Assembly: GCF_006345805.1 (NCBI RefSeq)
Contig: NC_042999.1
Coordinates: forward strand, 60,388,001 to 60,452,000
Direction: 5' to 3'
Length of the DNA: 64,000 nt
DNA from: Octopus sinensis
Taxonomy: Eukaryota
Shown here piece after piece: positions 12,896 through 25,520 of this stretch. Made by a program: the position numbers and the translations under genes. Within the stretch, counting starts at the first letter, position 1; each line of letters starts with the position of its first letter. The notes under the pieces are model-generated. The model was not told where the DNA came from and made no database searches. It was given only the letters and a program-made list of their open reading frames with translations.

Positions 12896-14249
12896 CAGCC
12901 GCCTTAATAGTAGTAACAATGTTTATTGTTATTGATGTTGTGTAGCGATGTGAGTTTTGTAGATATTTATTGGTAAATATTGTTGTAATTGCTGTTGTTG
13001 TCATTTCAGGAATATAGATTCATTTAGCCCTCTCTTTGTTGTTACTGCTGTTAGCACCAATATTATTTGTGTTGTTGTTGCTGTTGTTGTCGATGCTGCT
13101 TCCGCTTCTCCCCATGTATACGTTCATGCACGCGTTCAAACATTCATATATGGTACTGTTGTAGTTGTTATTGCTGTTTATTTTTCTGTTGAAAGTCCTC
13201 ATTTTCCTCGTTCTTGTCCCTGTCGTTGACTTTGCTTTTGTTATTATTCTCGTTCTCAATGTTATAATTGTAGTTGTTGTCGTTGCTGGTGTTTCTCTTT
13301 TTGTTTTTGTTGTTGTTGCTGATATTTAATATGACTCACAAGAGTAATACAATTCCTTAGAATATTAAAGCGAAGAACAGAAAAAAAAAGTTATGTGCAG
13401 CTAATCTAATTTTATTCCATCACTCTATACAGCCCGCTTTTTTTTTCTTTTACTTTTGCAGAATGTAAATTGTCACGGGAAGGATGAAATACTCTGTTGA
13501 AATGAAAAAAGTAAACAATATCTAGGAAAAAAAATAAATGATGAAACAATGGGAAAATGGAAGATAAAATGCAGAAGAAAAGATTAGAATGTCAATGAAG
13601 AAAATATAAATAAATGACAATGTACAGCAAAGAAACGATAAAGGAAAACTAAATATGAACGACATTACGTGGAATTAGAAAAAACAGTCTTACTGATAAA
13701 AAATTCAAACAAATATCTAAAGACGAAGATGGATCAGGAGGTGACGTTGCATGCAATCAAACATGGAATTAAAAATGTAGTCAAACAAACGAATATACAC
13801 GTAGACAAGGTGGAAGAAAGATATGTACATAAACATGAAAGATATCTGAGTGAGAAACATTTTGTCGCTGTTTCTCTTGTTATTGTTGTACAGTCCCAAG
13901 CCGACCCGAGCAAACAGATACAGGCCTAAAGGCTTTTCAGCTATGACCATTTCATCTATTTTTGAGGCTACGTTATCTGGTGTGAGCTTCTTTTTTCGTA
14001 CACTAGAATGTGATTTGAAGGATAAGCCTATTTCTAATAGATTGTGTGACCACCTTAAAGGGTCTCTCTTCGACTCGAGTGGAAATCTATTAAACAGAAT
14101 AAGATCCGGCTTCATAGAAAAGTGAATTGATAGTGACTGCATAACCATCTGCGAATAACGTTTGCTGTCTCACTATTGCTTTTTCTGAGGCACCATAGTC
14201 TGAAGCACCAACTTCTCTTCCTCTTCACTTTAACTGAGACTGTTGGCAT

Positions 14250-14390
14250 GAATTATGTACATTATTTACAATCTTGTTTGTTGTTAACACAACGTTACGG
14301 CTAATATACCCTCCACCCTTCATGAGGTGTCTTGGGAGAATTTCGAACCTGGGTTCTCATTCCTAAGATATTTTTCGATGTTGTTATTGC

Positions 14391-14456
<66 letters not shown>

Positions 14457-14659
14457 CATTATTATTGTTGTTGTTGTTGTTATTATTATTATTATTATTC
14501 AGGTCACTGCTTGGAATCGTACTCGGAATCTTGGCGTTAGTAGTCCGCGCTCTTAACCACTACGCCATATGTCAATATCTCCCTGTGCCACAGCTTTGCG
14601 ATGTTCCTCTATCCTTATTTTGAGTGGGAGGCATGTTTGGCGCTTGTATAACCTACCAC
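14250..14659 (-). mobile_element. Inverted copy of the PLE/tRNA chimera: about 90 bp GIY-YIG piece, tRNA-like head, (AAT)n, hammerhead tail (family H3)
   Basis: 14571-14659 is the reverse complement of 14726-14813; tRNA-like head at 14501-14571 with A and B boxes; tail matches 15145-15304; its hammerhead core is mutated (CTCATGA, GTAA). Confidence 0.8.
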
Positions 14660-14994
14660 TTCGAGTAAAACCACCAGTAGAAGAGAATATGACTAAGAAC
14701 TGCGTGTACTCCATCCCATGCAGCTGTGGTAGGTTATACAAAGGCGTAACATGCCGCCCCCTCAAAATAAAGGTAGAGGAACATCGCAAAGCTGTGACAC
14801 GAGGAGATATTGATAAATCGGGTGTAGCTGATCATGTGTGGAAAAATGGAGACCACCTCCCCCTGAAAATACGAAAACTAAAAGAAGCAGCACATATGCC
14901 AGGACACTATAACCTCCTAAACAAACCGAGTGCAGATATGAACAGCATATGGGAACCGGTATCAAGGAAGGATAGGAGAATATTAGATTTATAA
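14660..14994 (+). pseudogene. GIY-YIG endonuclease remnant of a Penelope/Poseidon-type element
   Basis: NCVYSIPCSCGRLYKGVTCRPLKIKVEEHRKAVTRGDIDKSGVADHVW...RKLKEAAHM...LLNK...NSIWEP; no RT domain upstream. Confidence 0.8.
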
Positions 14995-15024
14995 GCCCTA
15001 AAAATTCACTCCATAATCGCCCAC

Positions 15025-15087
15025 GGGCATATGGCGTAGTGGTTAAGAGCGCGGGCTCCTAACCCCAAGACCTGAATAATAATAATG

Positions 15088-15133
<46 letters not shown>

Positions 15134-15304
15134 AGATGATAATAACAACAACATCGAAAAATTCCTTAGGAATGAGAACCCAGGTTCGAAATTTCCCCAA
15201 GACATCTGATGAAGGGTGGAAGGTATATCAGCCGAAACGTTGTGTTAACAAGAAACAAGATGAGGACAAATATCTGTCAAATATGAATAATGTAAATAAT
15301 GTAC
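15025..15304 (+). mobile_element. tRNA-like head (B box deleted), (AAT)n and PLE tail (family H3)
   Basis: GGGCATATGGCGTAGTGGTTAAGAGCGCGG A-box head about 30 bp after the GIY-YIG stop; 25-bp B-box deletion relative to the minus copy. Confidence 0.8.
15201..15246 (+). ncRNA. Minimal type I hammerhead ribozyme motif
   Basis: GACAT-CTGATGA-A-GGGTG-GAAGGTATAT-CAGCC-GAAA-CG-TT-GTGTT; palindromic AACGTT in place of stem III; GUU site; one stem II mismatch. Confidence 0.7.
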
Positions 15305-15868
15305 TTGTGCGTATGTCTTTATACTTCATATTCGACTGGACCCTGCGTCATGTGTTACCATACACTTATTTATCACGTTGCACCCATAAGTACCTTGCTT
15401 ATAGATATATTTAGAAATACTTCGTCTACAGTCATTTACTTCTGTTCTATAACATACAAACGGTTAGAATCCGGATAACCTAGTTACCCATTGATATGTA
15501 TGTCTAAAAATGCCGGCGATTTTTCATCTCTTTCATGTTTTCTACAAGCATCAGTTCAGTGGTATTCTAAATCAAGTGAAAAGTTTGTTGTAGGCGCTAT
15601 GACAGAATGCTTTACACAGCAACTCGATTCGCTGTAATTATAATCGAATTTCCCCTTTATGATAAGAAAGAACGGACTGAATAAGATATCTATCGATCTG
15701 GGACCAAGCAACACTGCGAGCTTTTAGCCTACACACACACACACACACACACAAACATGCACATACACACACTCACACACACATACATGCATATACTCAC
15801 ATACGTCCATAGATTCACACAGGCACACATTTGTATGTATATCTTCCACACTCAAGTAGGATAGATAG

Positions 15869-15934
<66 letters not shown>

Positions 15935-16076
15935 TATATATATATATATATATATGTATGAATGTATATATATATGTACGTATATATATACTTCATATAT
16001 ATATATGTATGTATATATATATATACGAATATATATATATTTATTTATATATACATACATATATATATGAAGTATA

Positions 16077-16123
<47 letters not shown>

Positions 16124-16142
16124 TATATACATATATATATAT
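15869..16142. repeat. (TA)n-rich microsatellite
   Basis: Direct reading. Confidence 0.95.
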
Positions 16143-17888
16143 AAGAGAGAGAGAGGGAGGAGAGAAATGGGAGAAGGTGGAGAGGGGGAGACATTTACAA
16201 ACTTTGTAATCTTTGGCAACAAGCCATTCATGTTGAAATTGACCGAGTTGGTTCTATTTGTCACGCGTGACAGATCTTGCACGCAAACCGTCCAGATTGG
16301 CAGCTTCCTGGTTCTTCACAGTCGTCTCAGTTTCATACATTCATAAAATAGGTTGCAAGGGTTTGGTTTTCATATATATATCAATGATTCTTTTCCCTTT
16401 GGGACTATCGATGTTCACTACTGCGTGCTTATGTTTGTTTTGTTTTTCTTGTCTCTTCGTCTTCTTGTATTAATTTTCGTGCCATTTATATTCTTTCAGA
16501 TAGCTGGAACTATTATTCGTGGCACAACTATGAAACATATTTATTAAATCACCCGCAGGTTTCGGACAACACGATCCGTTGATATAAACCGATACTTGAC
16601 TGGTAATTATTTTATTGAACTCGGATGTTGAAATGTGAAATCGAAATCAGTATGGTTTGAACTTATAATTGATATGGGAGGGATGAAACTAAGGGTCAAA
16701 TCGTATCTCGAATCGGAACCACAAGGAATAAGAGAGTTGAAAAGTTCCCTGCTAACTATAGAACTATATATCAATGTTCATGTCTATTATAAACTTCAAT
16801 ATCCTATTGAAATGCTATTATATATTGAAGAAATTTAAAATTCACGCTATGACCCAATTTATTTTAATAATTTGGAAGATACTCAGAAAACTTTGAAATG
16901 AAATTGCTAGATTTCGAAATGATATAATTTCGCAGAATTCTCGTCATTACGTGGTAGAACTCCGCTCCAGGTTATACAAACAAATTCACTAGCGTTGGGT
17001 AAATGAGAAAGACTCATATGAACAGTAGGACGAAGACAAGAATCAGTGATTCTAGTGCTTCAACTGAATAAGTCTCCAGGACTGGGATGAGGTAAGATGA
17101 ATGCATTAAGAAATCTCAGAAATTAGGGACAAGAATATTTAAACAATTCAGATCCCCGATGCTAGAAATGCTCTGGATAAGACTTGACTTAATAGAAGAC
17201 AAATCCGGACATGTTTCGCTCTTATTAAATCTATCCCCGTATGTCATGCTTCCACTCATCAGCGATTATGGACCTTCATGTTAAATTCTGAAGATGCATG
17301 CATGTTCATCTTGGGAAAGATACAATAATAGTTTTCCGTTGCCCTCTGCTAGCCTGCTGAACTCCCGAAGAGATATAAAAACTAAAATGCCGTGATATCG
17401 GAATATGTACACGAACATGTGCAGGAAGCTCCCCTTCGATGACTTGCACTGGAAATTCGTATATATATCTTTAACAAAATAATTAAGTTGCTGACATAAA
17501 AATTAACATATTGAAAAAAAACAACCAACAAAAAGCAATGTGGTTTCACATTACTCAGTGGCACACAAGCCAATAGAAAAGAAAAGGCAAATAAGCGCTT
17601 ACATGTATAACGTGTACTCTACCGTACTGCTTAAGAATTCGTCTATTGTTTAGTCGAATAACCAATAATGAATTGCAAGCTCCCGAGGTGAAAAAAAAAA
17701 GTAAACAACTAAAAACATTCACAATGTATTTCAACATCATGTTTAAATTGTTTTAAAATTATTTTATCTTTTGCTCACAACAGAAGATAAAATTGCAATC
17801 CTCAAACCAAAATATTAGAAATACTAAAAATAGCATGAGAAAAAATCATATTTCTTATATAGAGAAACCAATATGAATAATACCTTAT

Positions 17889-18287
17889 AGGCGCAGGAGT
17901 GGTTGTGTGGTAAGTAGCTTGTTTACCAGCCACATGGTTCCGGGTTCAGTCTCACTGCGTGGCACCTTGGGCAAGTGTCTTCTACTATAGCCTCGGGCTG
18001 ACCAAAGCCTTGTGAGTGGATTTGGTAGACGGAAACTGAAAGAAGCTCGTCGTATATATGTATATATATGTGTGTTTGTGTGTCTGTGCTTGTCCCCCTA
18101 GCATTGCTTGACAACCGATGCTGGTGTGTTTATGTCACCGTTACTTAGCGGTTCGGCAAAAGAGACCGATAGAATAAGTGCTGGGCTTACAAAGAATATG
18201 TCCCGGGGTCGAGTTGCTCGATTAAAGGCGGTGCTCCAGCATGGCCGCAGTCAAATGACTGAAACAAGTAAAAGAGTAAAGAGTAAG
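17889..18287 (+). mobile_element. tRNA-derived SINE family A, full length
   Basis: GGCGCAGGAGTGG-TGTGTGGTAAG head, GGTTCAGT-CC B box, CCTTGGGCAAGTG core, internal (TA)/(GT) tract, GAGTAAA-repeat tail. Confidence 0.9.
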
Positions 18288-18295
18288 TAAAAACC

Positions 18296-18337
<42 letters not shown>

Positions 18338-18458
18338 TTATTGATGGAAAACACAATATGTAGACCAACGATATGTAGACAACTGATGTACCTCCGGAAT
18401 ATAGAATTGTACGTATACGTTATATCCGTGTTGTAATGAGGTCTGTCGTTTTTCTTGG

Positions 18459-18640
<182 letters not shown>

Positions 18641-19056
18641 ATAAACCGGACATGACAATTATAGAAAAGAAAAAGCGAAGTTGCTCACTGATCGAACCCT
18701 TCGTTTGATTTCAGGATCGCAAAAAAAGAGGGGGAAAATCAAAGAAAATACAAACCCATAAAATTTGAAATGGGAAAAAAATTGGTGCATAAGAATAGTA
18801 AAGGACGTGCCTACAATAATTGGTGAGATGGGAACAGTAATCAAAGATGTAGACAAATGGCTGAAGGAGAGCGGAGAATAATGCCTGGTAGGGATCACAC
18901 AGAAAGTTTGCCTCTTAGAGACAGCAAAGATCATCAGGTGAGTTCTAAGCACTTGAAAGACAGATGAAGACTTATGGATATCTGAGTTTACAAGTAGTAA
19001 CCCGCAACCCACATAAATCCTACCAGCAATAAGACCAAACCTGAGTTAAACCAAAA
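18641..19056 (+). mobile_element. R4/Dong-type retrotransposon 3' fragment (REL endonuclease and 3' UTR)
   Basis: NKPDMTIIEKKKRSCSLIE...KYKPIKFE...VPTIIGEMGTV...ITQKVCLLETAKIIR*VL, matching the PD-(D/E)xK region of the 32-36 kb element; followed by (AAT)n. Confidence 0.72.
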
Positions 19057-19916
19057 TAATAATAATAACGATACTAATATATATATATTCTTTTACTTGT
19101 TTCAGCCATTTGACCCGGCCATGCTGGAGCACGTGCTTTTTAAAACTATTTCAGCGTTGTCCTCGATTGGGTTTTTTATTAGAGAAACATCGATTCATCT
19201 ACAATCATTTTTTTTGTTTTTCCTTATTTTCATTTTATTCTACTTTTGTGCATTCATTTTTATCTAATTAATTTACCTACACAATAAAAAATAACATAAA
19301 ACACTTATTTCTTAAGTGTTTAGTTTATTCATCTCTTTGAACATCTTAACAAATAGAAAAGAATCACTAGGAGTGACACAAATCTTAAGAACCAAATAAT
19401 TCTAAGAATTATTCTTGTTTATAAAAACTTAAATCGATGATGAGCTGTCTTAGGTCTTAGATGCTTAGAAATGTTTCCTTATCGAGTATGTTTACGTCAA
19501 AGAAATGACAAGTATTTTTCTTCCAAATTAACTTGGATATTTTTTTCATCGTCATGAATAACTACGATGTACATGCGCGCATATGAGACGTTTTGGCACA
19601 GCTGTTTTGACCCCGTTCGATTGGTGTCACTGATTCGACGCTCATTATTAGACACGAAGCGTTTTGTCCCCGGAACCTTTATGTATTCTAGTTGTCAGCA
19701 AATCTATAATTGCAGCTTCTAATTACTTAACTACTAAACTTTGTTTAGCTTTCTGCTTCACTTTAGGTGTATGAAGGCTTGTGAAATATCAAAGAAGCAA
19801 AGAAAATATAACCTTTCTCAGTGGATTTCTGTACAGTTTTGACCAAATACAACTCACAGTGATTTTAAATGTTGGTGTCGTGATCAGAAAAATCAGAAAG
19901 GAGGAGAGACAAAAGA

Positions 19917-19952
<36 letters not shown>

Positions 19953-19974
19953 TTAAAATATATGAAATAACTCT

Positions 19975-19999
19975 CTCTCTATCTATCTATCTATTTCTC

Positions 20000-20068
<69 letters not shown>

Positions 20069-20122
20069 ACTTTATTACAAATACCCCCCCTCTCTCTCTC
20101 TCTATCTATCTATCTATTTCTC

Positions 20123-20175
<53 letters not shown>

Positions 20176-20176
20176 A
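19975..20176. repeat. (TCTA)n, locally duplicated with its interruptions (about 110-bp period)
   Basis: CTCTCT-ATCTATCTATCTATTTCTCATCT...CTAACTTTAT occurs twice. Confidence 0.85.
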
Positions 20177-20532
20177 CTTTATCTAATTTTGCGTTTATGC
20201 ATGTGCATATTTTTTCTTTGTGTGAGGAGGTGACTTATTTGTAGCAATCGGGATCATTTAATATATTTTAATATTTCTCTTATTCTCTCTCTATTCATTT
20301 CTCTCTCTCTATCTCTGTCTGTCTCTGTCAGTCTTTCTCTCTCTCTTTCTCTCTATCTATCTATCTTACCTGTCTGTGTCTGTTTTTTTTATGTGTGTGG
20401 GTATAGTTCTCTTTGTGTTTTAGAGAAGAGGGAATGTGTTTATGTTAACCCGATTTCAATCAATATATTATAATTAATCTCTTTTACTGTTTCTCTGTCT
20501 CTACCGATATAACTATCTGTCTCTTTATCTGT

Positions 20533-20549
20533 TTATGTATGTATGTATG

Positions 20550-20637
<88 letters not shown>

Positions 20638-20677
20638 ATCAATCTATCTGTCTATCATCTATCTATCTATCTATCTG

Positions 20678-20761
<84 letters not shown>

Positions 20762-20787
20762 GCTAGCTAGCTAGCTAGCTAGCTAGG
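20533..20787. repeat. (TATC)n switching to (TAGC)n
   Basis: Direct reading. Confidence 0.95.
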
Positions 20788-23700
20788 TATTTCTATATAT
20801 TTAAGAGCATGTGTGTATTTGCCGTGTGTGTGAAAATGTTCTGTCATCCAAAAGCCATCTCCGAGATAAGTTCAGTGTCCTGTCATCCGTGCCAAAGAGA
20901 CAACATCTAAACAGCCGCGCTGAGTAGTTCCATTTCGTGATTGGCAAACCAAAATTACTGAGGTGAATTTAGTGTTATTGCCCAGATAAGTAATTTTTCA
21001 TAGATACTGGAGACTAAAGAACACTTAAGGTCATTGTCTCCTATTCGCATAAAGCAAGTAATCCAAATCGTTAACTTCTATGGTAGTAGTACTGTAACAG
21101 TAGATCCAAGAAGAAAATCTAAGAGTGAAATCATAATGTAATTCTAGCAATACATTTGATGTTTCCCCCCAACTCTGCTTAACCCCCCAAAAAAAAAAAT
21201 TACTATTCACATCAGATTTTCCAAATCCTACAAGTGCTTCTAAGGTAGATATTTTTTGACATTTCAACACTATAACGGCAGATAGTCTGAAAGGTTGTCC
21301 TACAGTTTTATTTTCCATATCAGATTGGTTTTCTTTCCTCACTATTTCAAGAATCTTTCAAAATATGAGTAATAGAAAAACATTGTCAGTATATAAGTTG
21401 GAATGTCATATGTGATCTATATTTTCATGGCTTCTGTTTTTCCAACGATATGAAAGATATCTACTTTACCTTTAAGTGATGAGTGGAACCGAATCAAATA
21501 TTCCAAAGTAAAAGTTATGTAACGTAATTTGGTAAGCTAAAGAATATTCCTTTCAAGTTACTTAACTTTCTCCAAGGACATCGATGATGCCACGTATTTA
21601 TCTTGAAGTAAAAAAGGTGAACCGAATTAAGTTTACAAAAGTAGAAATCACAGAATGCAAATTGGTTTGCTAAAGACAATGCTTTCACTTTGCATTGGTC
21701 AGTAAAAGCATCAGTGGTTCATTTTCTCAAAAATTCTTGCCAGGAATAACTGTGGGTCCCCAGAATGCAGAAGAAGAGTCTGCATAACTCTGAAGACAGT
21801 CAGAGAATATTTGCTTGTTGGTATTGACGGGTATCACCATATCTGCCAATAATTCTTCTGTTTTATTTTTGGCGGTTAGTGTCTTCCGATATAAAATCCA
21901 TAAAATTGAGCAGTCATGAGATGTTTCTTTGATTCGAGCTTACCTTCCAATGTAATTCCCTGTTATTACAGTAGAAGAATCTCTAGTCATAAGAAGAAAT
22001 TTACATCAGAATAAATTTGTTTTTTCCCTGGATACACCATGCTTGAAGAAAATTAATAATTCACACACCACTTGCACTTCGACTGGAAATGAGTAAAAGG
22101 CAAAGTCTTGACCCTGGAAATGACAATACATAATAAATTCTTAATTGCTGCCAAGGACACAGTATTTTGTTTTACAACCATAATATTCAGTCAGGTATAT
22201 TAAAGATTTACAAGTCAATACTGTGTCTTATTTTTGTGTTATCAGCGCGATGTCCTAATTTTTATGTTTACATATACAGATTTTGTATAAAATTCAGAGC
22301 TAGCACTGAAAGTTACGTTTCGTGTCCGAACACATATATGTAAACAATGAGATCGAAGACATAAAAAATAAGTAACGGGTGTATATGCATATTTTAAGCG
22401 TTATTATGTATATGCACTCATTATCTATTATTTCTATATTCAATTGCATTATTTACACAAATGTATTCGTATAACAAACGCCAGTTATCTCTATAGAAAA
22501 TCTGTAACGATTAGCTTAAAAATAATAAATTATTTAGAATCGAATACGGTGCTTCTAACTTTTACCATTAGTTCGATAACTTCAATAATTATAGTAAATC
22601 GAACTTCTTTAGTGGAATTGGACAAAGAAATTACCGCTACTTCAGTTGTTTGTTGTACACCGTACAGAAGATTGGCGACGATTACGAAACAAGGATTAAC
22701 AAATTTCTTTGCTTCCTTAAAAATTATTTTTTATTTCCCTTCACAAGCACATGTTCTATTTGAACAGAGGTATGGAGAGTTTTTTGTGCACCTTTATTTA
22801 ACATTGGCTGGAATAAATTTTGCCGCTTCAGGAAAATATACACAAATCATTTTAAACAACTATGTGGCCTTCATTTGGTGATTTGGTATCGTTTGTCCTT
22901 AAATAAGTTTGTAATTTGAAGCATCTGGACACTGATTTCTAGAGTTTACACTGAAAAATACATAGGTGTAAGACTTAAGCTCTACTCGATATATTTCCCG
23001 TTCCGTTTTATTTATATTAAATTTGAAGAGAGAATACTCTTCTGTCTTTGTGTTTCCTCTCAAGGTGAATCTGTCCTAGCCGCTATCCGCAGAGTCACCA
23101 TCTGTAACATATGTAACTGTATTTTAAGTTCGTTATCCTCAATTACTTTGTCACTCATTATAAGGAACATGTCTCATGTATATTCCGTTCGTATTCCTTT
23201 TCTTCACTCATGTTCCTTTCAGTTTCAAAAATGAAATAGTTCATTCAGCATAACCTCCTGCTGGTGTTCGTTTCATCACACAATTAATTAAAGACATAGT
23301 GTCTCAGTCTACAATAAAGGAAAAAAATAGAATATTCTAACCTTTATAGTACTGTAGTCCATATAGTATTGTAGTTACTATAACACCGTATTCTAAATTT
23401 TAGTTTCTGCAGAAATGTAGCTAAATTTGCAACTCAATTAAAGCATGATTTCAACAATCGCCTTCGGATATCCTTTAATGGTATCGTCTATAAATGTATG
23501 ATCCCAATACCTCGTTTGGTCTCCACCCAAAAGGATATGTTGCTCTAAATTACACTAAACATCTTGCTACGTAGAAAGAGGGAAAAACATTAACCCCGAA
23601 GCTGATAACTACAATTACTTTAAAGATAATGTCCCTTTTTTAATTGTAGAAAAAATCTTTTATATTTGTATATTTTAAGTTATATTCCCTTTCTATGTCA

Positions 23701-23949
23701 TTCTCCCTTATTTTATTTAGATATCAGTCAATTCTTTATTATTATTTGCCTCAATATGATTTACTCCGCATTCTGTTGAGCTGATCAACATTTTAAGGTG
23801 CACTGATGTTCGAATAGATGCTATGTCGATTGCAGGTTTTTGTTGGTGGTTAGTGACTTTCATAGGTGTTTCTGAAATCGGGAACCCATGTAGCATGTGG
23901 CTCATCTGACAATAAGCTGGACTCTAAACAGTTAAGAAAGAAAACACAA

Positions 23950-25520
23950 TAGTTACCAACAGGTACATCAATAACAATGTGACCCCTTTCGGAGCACAAT
24001 ACAGGCAGGTATATAATGCAGACGTAACGTTTGGATAAGTATGGTCAGATGTGATTACCATGGACACGAAAGGCCACAAAATCATATCAAAGTTTGATCT
24101 GGAGATCATGCTGAATAGATTAAAATTCAACTTCCAGTTTCGACGAACCAGTTGTTATGAATGTAGGAACAAAGCCCATTTAAAAGCTGCCTGCGAGGAA
24201 AGCCTTAAACAACAAAACGAAAAGCAACATGAGTAAATCATGCCGGCAATCGCTTCTTAGAAGAAAACTGGTACAACACGTAAAGTGTAAAAGCAATTAC
24301 CCGTCCGTGTTTCCATAAAAAGGAACAAAAGGCCCTCGATTTGTTACCCTTGTAAAGACGAATCCCTCCTCGGCAAAGACAGAATTTCTGCAGCAATAAA
24401 AGAAGCCGAGATTAAACGTAACCCTCATAGCCTTACCTCCACCAACTGAAGGAAATGGGGCTCCGACTGAGAACGAAAAGGATAACCTTCCTGTAAGTCC
24501 TTCCTTTCCTAAGCAGCACAACCTAACAACGATTTTTCTCCATTATTTTGCACTCTGGGCCGTATTTTCTGCTGCTTTTAGGCTGGAACTCTGCTTCCTT
24601 AGCTCTGAATTTTGAGCTTTATCGAATAGCATCAAATGTTAGCTTGCGGGAAAACATTTCTCCTGAACCCTTGTTGGTTTTGTATGGCTATCGAGGCTCT
24701 ACGCGTATATGCGTTTATTTCTTGGAATGGTAGCAGATTTTGTTCTAGTTTCTGCTATTGATCCTGCCCAGCATCTACCAGGAGCATGCGCTCTGATCTG
24801 ATGGCATAGATTTAAGGATCGGTGAAGCCCACAAACCAAGAGAACACAAGAGCTGGGCCGTCTTGTGACGAAGGCGAGAAACATATTTTTTTTTTTAAAT
24901 AGGAAAAAATCCCAAAAGGAAAGAATCGCAAAAAGTTCTAAGAGATCATCAAGTTTGGTACACCTGCCGTGATGGGATTGTATTTCCTGATAAAGAAGAA
25001 CTCTTATGTTATTAAAGAGAGACAATATCATATGAAACGAAACCAAACTTTTCCCCGAAAATGACTACTCTTCATTAGACTAACAATTCCCTTATAAAAC
25101 ACACAATATACACAAGTAATTTTCAGACGAAGTATGGATCGTGAAGGGAATGAGATTATGTTTTACACAGTATAAAGAAAGACAGATTACTAATACAAAT
25201 CTTCAATGTTCCTTCCGAAGCATTAGATTTCAGTAATCCTCTATAACAGAGCAGCATTTCTCACAGAACTTATTGGAATATCTAGTCATAAACAATACTG
25301 GGAAAAAAGTAAGTTCAACGATTATGCATTCATCTCATGTCTTGGTAAGCGGTCAGTTTCACGTTTGTATGCATTTTTCTGTATCTCGCGAAGCACTTGT
25401 GCCTAATTCAGTATATTTCAAGTCTTACGTTGAAAGGAATATGAGTGTAAAGGGAGAAGAGCTGCATCCTAGTGAATTTCTTGAAAGGTGAATATAAATG
25501 GTGAGCATGGTCTGCTCTAA
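23950..25520 (+). mobile_element. Old, internally deleted L1/Tx1-type element (ORF1 zinc knuckle and ORF2 C-terminus)
   Basis: CYECRNKAHLKAAC (C-x2-C-x4-H-x4-C) at 24153-24194; YFKSYVERNMSVKGEELHPSEFLER near 25410-25490 resembles FFKYHLKKKVRVERQVLSSECFKKR of the 48-kb element. Confidence 0.5.

Noticed and set aside
13717-14240. 143-aa minus-strand ORF and overlapping frames in complex sequence
   Set aside because: No recognisable domain or convincing splice context.
14501-14571. tRNA gene call for this and other tRNA-like heads
   Set aside because: A and B boxes are present but acceptor and anticodon stems do not close, and each is attached to a repeat body; these are SINE-type heads.
16500-16558. 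Possible 59-nt coding exon (TTCTTTCAG acceptor, SWNYYSWHNYETYLLNHPQ, CAG/GTTTCG donor)
   Set aside because: Weak donor, no partner exons, no recognisable homology, and it adjoins a degenerate SINE.
22444-22881. 145-aa ORF
   Set aside because: AT-rich, no motif or domain recognised; consistent with a chance ORF.
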